DNA of 62,201 nucleotides, filler included, from It is 12 parts of 12 records of this genome, joined end to end, with 100 filler letters (N's around TTAATTAATTAA, not from the genome) between each part and the next. Parts side by side here need not be neighbours in the genome. Positions count along the whole stretch, not along the records: positions 54,872 to 58,344 come from SRR15195285_4387; positions 58,445 to 62,201 come from SRR15195285_4394; 10 more parts are not named here. One strand, 5' to 3'. Shown piece by piece: positions 57,464 to 62,201 of this stretch (position 1 is its first letter; each line of letters starts with the position of its first letter). The notes under the pieces were generated by a model. It saw only the letters and a program-made list of their open reading frames with translations, ran no database searches and was not told where the DNA came from. The position numbers and the translations under genes were made by a program.

Positions 57464-58344
57464 CTGCTGTAGGGTAGGAGTGCTTCTGCTGTGGCCCGCC
57501 GCTAGACAGTATGCTCTTCGAGGTATCGATCAGTCCTGCAGAGCTACAGCTATTTGTATCTCGCAAAAGTCACGTTCGATTATGTAAAATGCCTGTCCAA
57601 CTTCGATTCGCCACGATCGTGGCACTGACCTCAAGTACCATCAGTTCTGATCGAGCCCTTGTACAGCAGCGTGCCTCAACGTGCATCGTCATCAGGACAG
57701 GACTTTCAAAGACGACTTCCAATGCCGTCTGACACCAGGCATAAGGCGCCTTATGCCCGATAGCAGTTGCACGCTGTCGATGGGATTTCTTCGACGCGGT
57801 GAATGCGCTTGGGTAGCTGACAGCTCGGGCATGCATTATCGCTCTTCCGCCACTATCGTCGATTGTAGTCATGTATGTGGATAATTGTATTGAACAAGAA
57901 TGATCACTCAACAGCCACTCTTCTTCTTCTCGGCTACCAGCAAGCATGTATATGAGTCCAATAGGGGCTCGGCTTTCAAATCAGTCTGCAAATCGCATCC
58001 GGCCCAGGCCAATCGCTCCTGAGAGCTCGCCGCCTCCCGCCGCATCGCCTTAGCCGCCGACACAGGCGGGGTACAAATTTGTGCTCACTACGGGGAGATG
58101 ACCTTGATTGGGATCCCCGACCACCGACACAGGCGGGTCATAAATATGTGCATCAACGACATCCTTTCTATTGGCAAACAAATTATCGTGGGATTTTGAA
58201 CGAATACTTTCTAAAAGAAATCCGCCAGGACAGCTTCATTGTATTGTATAGGTAGCCCGAGAGCAGAGTGACTGTTGACGCATAGTTTAGAAGTTGACGT
58301 AGAGTTGACGCGAACGTTGTATTTGAATGTTAGAAGTAGTGGTT

Positions 58345-58444
58345 NNNNNNNNNNNNNNNNNNNNNNNNNNNNNNNNNNNNNNNNNNNNTTAATTAATTAA
58401 NNNNNNNNNNNNNNNNNNNNNNNNNNNNNNNNNNNNNNNNNNNN
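58345..58444. other. Artificial contig spacer
   Basis: N44-TTAATTAATTAA-N44. Confidence 0.99.
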
Positions 58445-58465
58445 GCGCTTGATTTTGCAGAAATG
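58445..58465 (-). repeat. Dispersed repeat B copy at contig start
   Basis: 21/21 reverse-complement match to 48371..48391. Confidence 0.8.
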
Positions 58466-58910
58466 GGACCGGTTCCTTGATATATGATAACTCTCGATAC
58501 GTCTCATCGCCGGGCTGGGGCTGTCGACGAGCTTGAGCAGGTGCGCCACAGCCTCTGCACCAGCCACACAGGGAAGCAGAGGGGCAGACAGGGGGAGTAA
58601 GGGGGGTGGACAGGCGGCTGGCAGCCCGCGCCCGTTGAAGGCAGCTCAGAAACAGCCATACACACCCTTTTCCATGTGCTTTTTCGCGGGCTGCACAGCT
58701 GCGTTCGCTGCATGCTGTGCAGCAGACACCCATGCGCTTGATCCATGTGCTTGTTATAGCACCGACGGAGTGCTGTAGCTGCGTTCGGTTACTGGAGTGT
58801 GTTTGTCGGTGATATCCTGGTGTGGACTGCGAGACGACTCCTCATGTCAGTCATTCCTCTGAACTGGCAACGTGTGAATGCACGCAGGGAGCCACCGCCT
58901 TGCGGGCGGG

Positions 58911-59446
58911 ATGAGCCGTACGCTGACGAAGGAAGATGACCCGGGGATGGTGGAGGTGCGAAGGGAGGACCAACAGCGGATCAACAAGTTCTCTGCGTGC
59001 AACCGCCAGATGCAGGAGCTGAACGGCGAGGAGAGTACGCTCAAGCAGGACCTGCAGAACCTGCAGGATGCCACGGACGAGTTGCTGCTTGCGGACGATG
59101 ACGAGATGGTCAAGTGAGAGCCGAGCCTATCCCTCTCTTCGTGTGCCTTGGTCTGCAGCTGCCGGTGCTTCTCGCTACACCACGCCGCCGGCGCCGCGAT
59201 CGGCCCGTGGGCTAATGCACTGATGCCGTGTGCCGAACGCGCGACTGTCGCAGCATGAAGCTGGGAGAGTGCTACGTCCTGCTGCAGAAGGAGGAGGCAG
59301 AGGAGATGCTGGAGCGAAAAATTGAGGAGTGCGAAGAGAAGCTGGGCGGCATAGATGAGCAGGTCGGGGAGCTGAAGGGAGCGATGACGGAGCTGAAGGT
59401 GGAGCTCTACGGTCGATTCGGTAAATCGATCAACCTGGACGAGTAA
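58911..59446 (+). CDS. PFDN4: Prefoldin subunit 4; intron 59114..59253
   Basis: VEVRREDQQRINKFS...LQNLQDATDELLLADDD; LKVELYGRFGKSINLDE terminus. Confidence 0.95.
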
Positions 59447-59618
59447 GTGCTACGGCGGTCACCAAATCCAGTGGCCATGTTACCCCAACCCATTTTGGCA
59501 TCCCCCCAACCCATTCATAGCCCTGTCGTAGTAGCACAGTGGTCTTATTTCATTTATGACCTACGATCGGTGTGCCTGTCACACCGACCCACACCGCCAC
59601 CTCCGGCGATCCTGGATA

Positions 59619-62201
59619 TTACATGCCCATTGGCCCGCCTCCGGTCTCCTGTTTGTACGCCGCCGCGTGGCGCTCCGCAATCGTGGGGCGCTTGTTTTTG
59701 GACGGTTTGCCTAGCTCCGCCCCATAGTTAGAGCTCAAGCCGAAGGGATCGTGCTCCACAGTCTTCGGCTCTTGGAAAGCCTGGTGGTCTGGCACCGCCG
59801 CGTGCATCGCTGACGTAGTGTCTTGGCCGTGGTGCTCGATGACCTGCGCGTTGTTCCACGGGTCCAGAAAGCGCATGCGCTGGACGTATCGTGTCTTTTG
59901 CTTGCGGAATGCCTGGATCCGCTTCTGGGTCTTGGCCTCTTTCTTGTCTGCCTCATCCTTGTACGTCTTGCGGCAGCGCGCCTGGTTGGTCGCTTTCCTC
60001 TCCTGCCGCGCCGCAGACCGCCGCTTGTTTTGCTCCTTCTCTGCCTTCTGGTGCCGGTCGACCCATCGTGTTTCGCGCTCGTAGTGATCCAATGTGGAAC
60101 CCGGCTTGATTCCGTCTTGAGTAACGTGATACGCAGACGTAGGACCGGTGGCTTTGAACACAGGAGCCACCTGCTCAGAGTTTTTGGCGGAGTAGTATGG
60201 TATCGGTGCACTTGGATCTCCCAGCCCAAAGCTCACATCTCTCTTCTGTGGTGGGATGCCGATGCGCTCCACATAGGTTTTCGGCAGCAGCTTGACGGCT
60301 AAGCTCGGCTCTGGCTCCTCCTGATGCATTTGATCCAGCATTGATCCATAGGTCTCGCCCAGCGTCTGTGGACCCTTTTTCGACTGATCGATGTCACCCA
60401 AAAACTCTTCCCAGCCAATCTTGTCCTGATTCGTGCGGTCGTACGTCGCAAACACACGTTCCACCTGAGTTTTGGTCAGATTCACGTTCATCATGTACAT
60501 CACATCCTTGAACTCGTCCCGCGAAAACTGCCCTGTCCGCGCCTGGTCTTTGGTTACGAACGCATCTGCAATCTGTGGAGCCATCTGGGTAAGCTTGTCC
60601 TTCATCGCAGCACCTAAGCAGTCCACCCCGAGTTCCCCGCCTTCCTTGACGCCAAATTCAGGCACGCTGCGGACCTGCGCTAACTCTTGCTGCTCTTCTG
60701 GTGTTCTCAGCGCAGAAAAAGACCAGCTGCAGTTCACGTCTTTCACTTCGAAGTCTTTTGGTACAGGAACTGTCTTGTAGGTGTTCTTCCATTCCGTGGC
60801 CTTCTTTTTGGTACCCCCAACACTTGCAACAAATTCCTCGGATCGGCTACCCCACGAACCTCTCGTCATACCCGCCGGCAAAGATGGAGCTGTTTTGGGG
60901 CGTGCCCTGTCGGAGTATGGATTGTAGAGGTCTTGATATACCATCCCGCGCGACTCCACACTGCCTGCTGTCGATGGACGCTTCGATGGGCTCGAGCGAT
61001 CAGAAGCAGATAGCGGATTTTGTTTGAAGTCTTCGTCACCAAGAATCTTGCTAATGCGCGAGGCAAACTCTTCGTAGTCGATTTCGCCGGAATTATCCTG
61101 CGTTCCAGACCAAATGGGGGCATCTAGCTGAGGTCATCACGAACGGCTGCAATGAATGCGAGAGAATTCCACTACAAAGTGACGCACCTTGTCCACGATG
61201 TGCAGCACCTCTTTCAGTTCCTTTTCCGAAGGTTCAAACCCAATTTGTGCTAGACCTTCCTTGAATTCCTGAACGTCCACCGTGCCGCTCTTGTCCTCGT
61301 CGAACCTTCGGAAAGTTTTTGACAAATTCGCTCCGCGCGCCTCCGCCCATTCTGCAACGCGCTGTAGAATTTCAGCGCCGCTCATCCCCATTCCTTCAAT
61401 CTTTTTTGCCTTTTCCAGCTGTTCGGTCAGTATGGTAACCGGCATGTACCGTAGACCAGGCACGGCGGCTATCGATGTGCCGCGCAGCCCTGGAATCATC
61501 GGCACATTCCCGAGAGAGAACCTCTCTACCTTCTTTCGACCGTAGTCACGCGGCTTGATTCCAAGCTCATCTGCTTTTGCGAGGTACGGTTTGGCTTTGA
61601 CAGGCACCCTTGGCGGTTTTGCTGCTGGGTTTTCCGCGTTGAGATCGTTGTCCTGAACTCGAGGTTCCACCACGCGCTGCCCCAGCACCTTCTCCGTCTT
61701 CGACAGCAGCTCCGGCTTGTACTTCACGAGCGGCTTTCCGTCGCGCACCGCCTGTGCGCCGCCGGCCGTTTCCTCGTTTTTGGACTGGCGTCCGCGCCCG
61801 CTCGTGGGTTCAGGGTTGTCGATAGCAAAGTTCACCGGAATGTCGCCGAGGTTCGACTCCGACGCGCCCAGCTTGCCGACACCAGGTGGCCCGAGCAGCT
61901 CACGCTGGACGATCTGCGCGTTCGCGATTCGAAGGGCCTTCGTGGTATCAGGATCTTGCGTCGGGCGGCCGGGCAGGTGCGAGTCGCGCTGGGCCTTGTG
62001 GAAAGAGCCCTCTTGCTGCACGACAGCGGCGGAGTTGAGGACTGCTTTGCCCGTCGCCGACAGCACCTCCGCTGCGCCCATCGTGGTGGTCCGCCGGTTA
62101 GACGCTCCTAGGTTCTTGCGGCCAGTTTTCCCGCGGTTACCCACGACTCCACCGCCGTGCGACTTTTGCGCGTTGCGCGGCTGAGGCCTCGCCACCCCCC
62201 C
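59619..62201 (-). CDS. Multi-EF-hand protein, possibly 5'-truncated; intron 61098..61187
   Basis: EF loops DEDKSGTVDVQE, DK|DNSGEIDYEE (restored by splicing), DQARTGQFSRDE, DRTNQDKIGWEE; the two long ORFs join in frame. Confidence 0.85.

Noticed and set aside
5269-58444. TTAATTAATTAA flanked by Ns at 11 sites as a biological repeat, and gene linkage across these sites
   Set aside because: Identical 100-nt six-frame-stop linkers added when contigs were concatenated; cross-spacer adjacency and ORFs containing X runs are artefacts.

Overview
This window is not one locus. It is 12 unlinked contigs joined by identical 100-nt artificial spacers (N44-TTAATTAATTAA-N44), so gene neighbourhoods only mean something inside a contig. 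The DNA is GC-rich, gene-dense and eukaryotic, with short GT-AG spliceosomal introns (about 70-340 nt) that could be traced by hand. DDB1, a NIMA/NEK kinase, prefoldin 4, a Pol theta-like polymerase and an MLO gene point to a unicellular eukaryote; the lineage cannot be fixed from this sequence alone. About 22 protein-coding genes are supported, including many secreted carbohydrate-active enzymes (two GH27, a GH33 sialidase, a GxGYxYP protein, an SGNH esterase, a six-hairpin-like protein). Most notable: (1) a UBA-UBA-MavL/DUF4804 macrodomain-ankyrin-like protein, whose first UBA appears only after splicing in an unannotated upstream exon, a candidate ubiquitin-directed ADP-ribose eraser; (2) a Zn2Cys6-CobW/COG0523 fusion lying tail-to-tail (stops 1 nt apart) with an FAD monooxygenase-like gene, echoing bacterial zinc-starvation clusters; (3) a rhomboid-RS-SPRY-SAM-like fusion; (4) an MLO with an inserted EF-hand pair. 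Short dispersed repeats recur at several contig ends. No rRNA, tRNA, CRISPR array or transposase was recognised. All domain calls come from reading motifs by eye, not from database searches.
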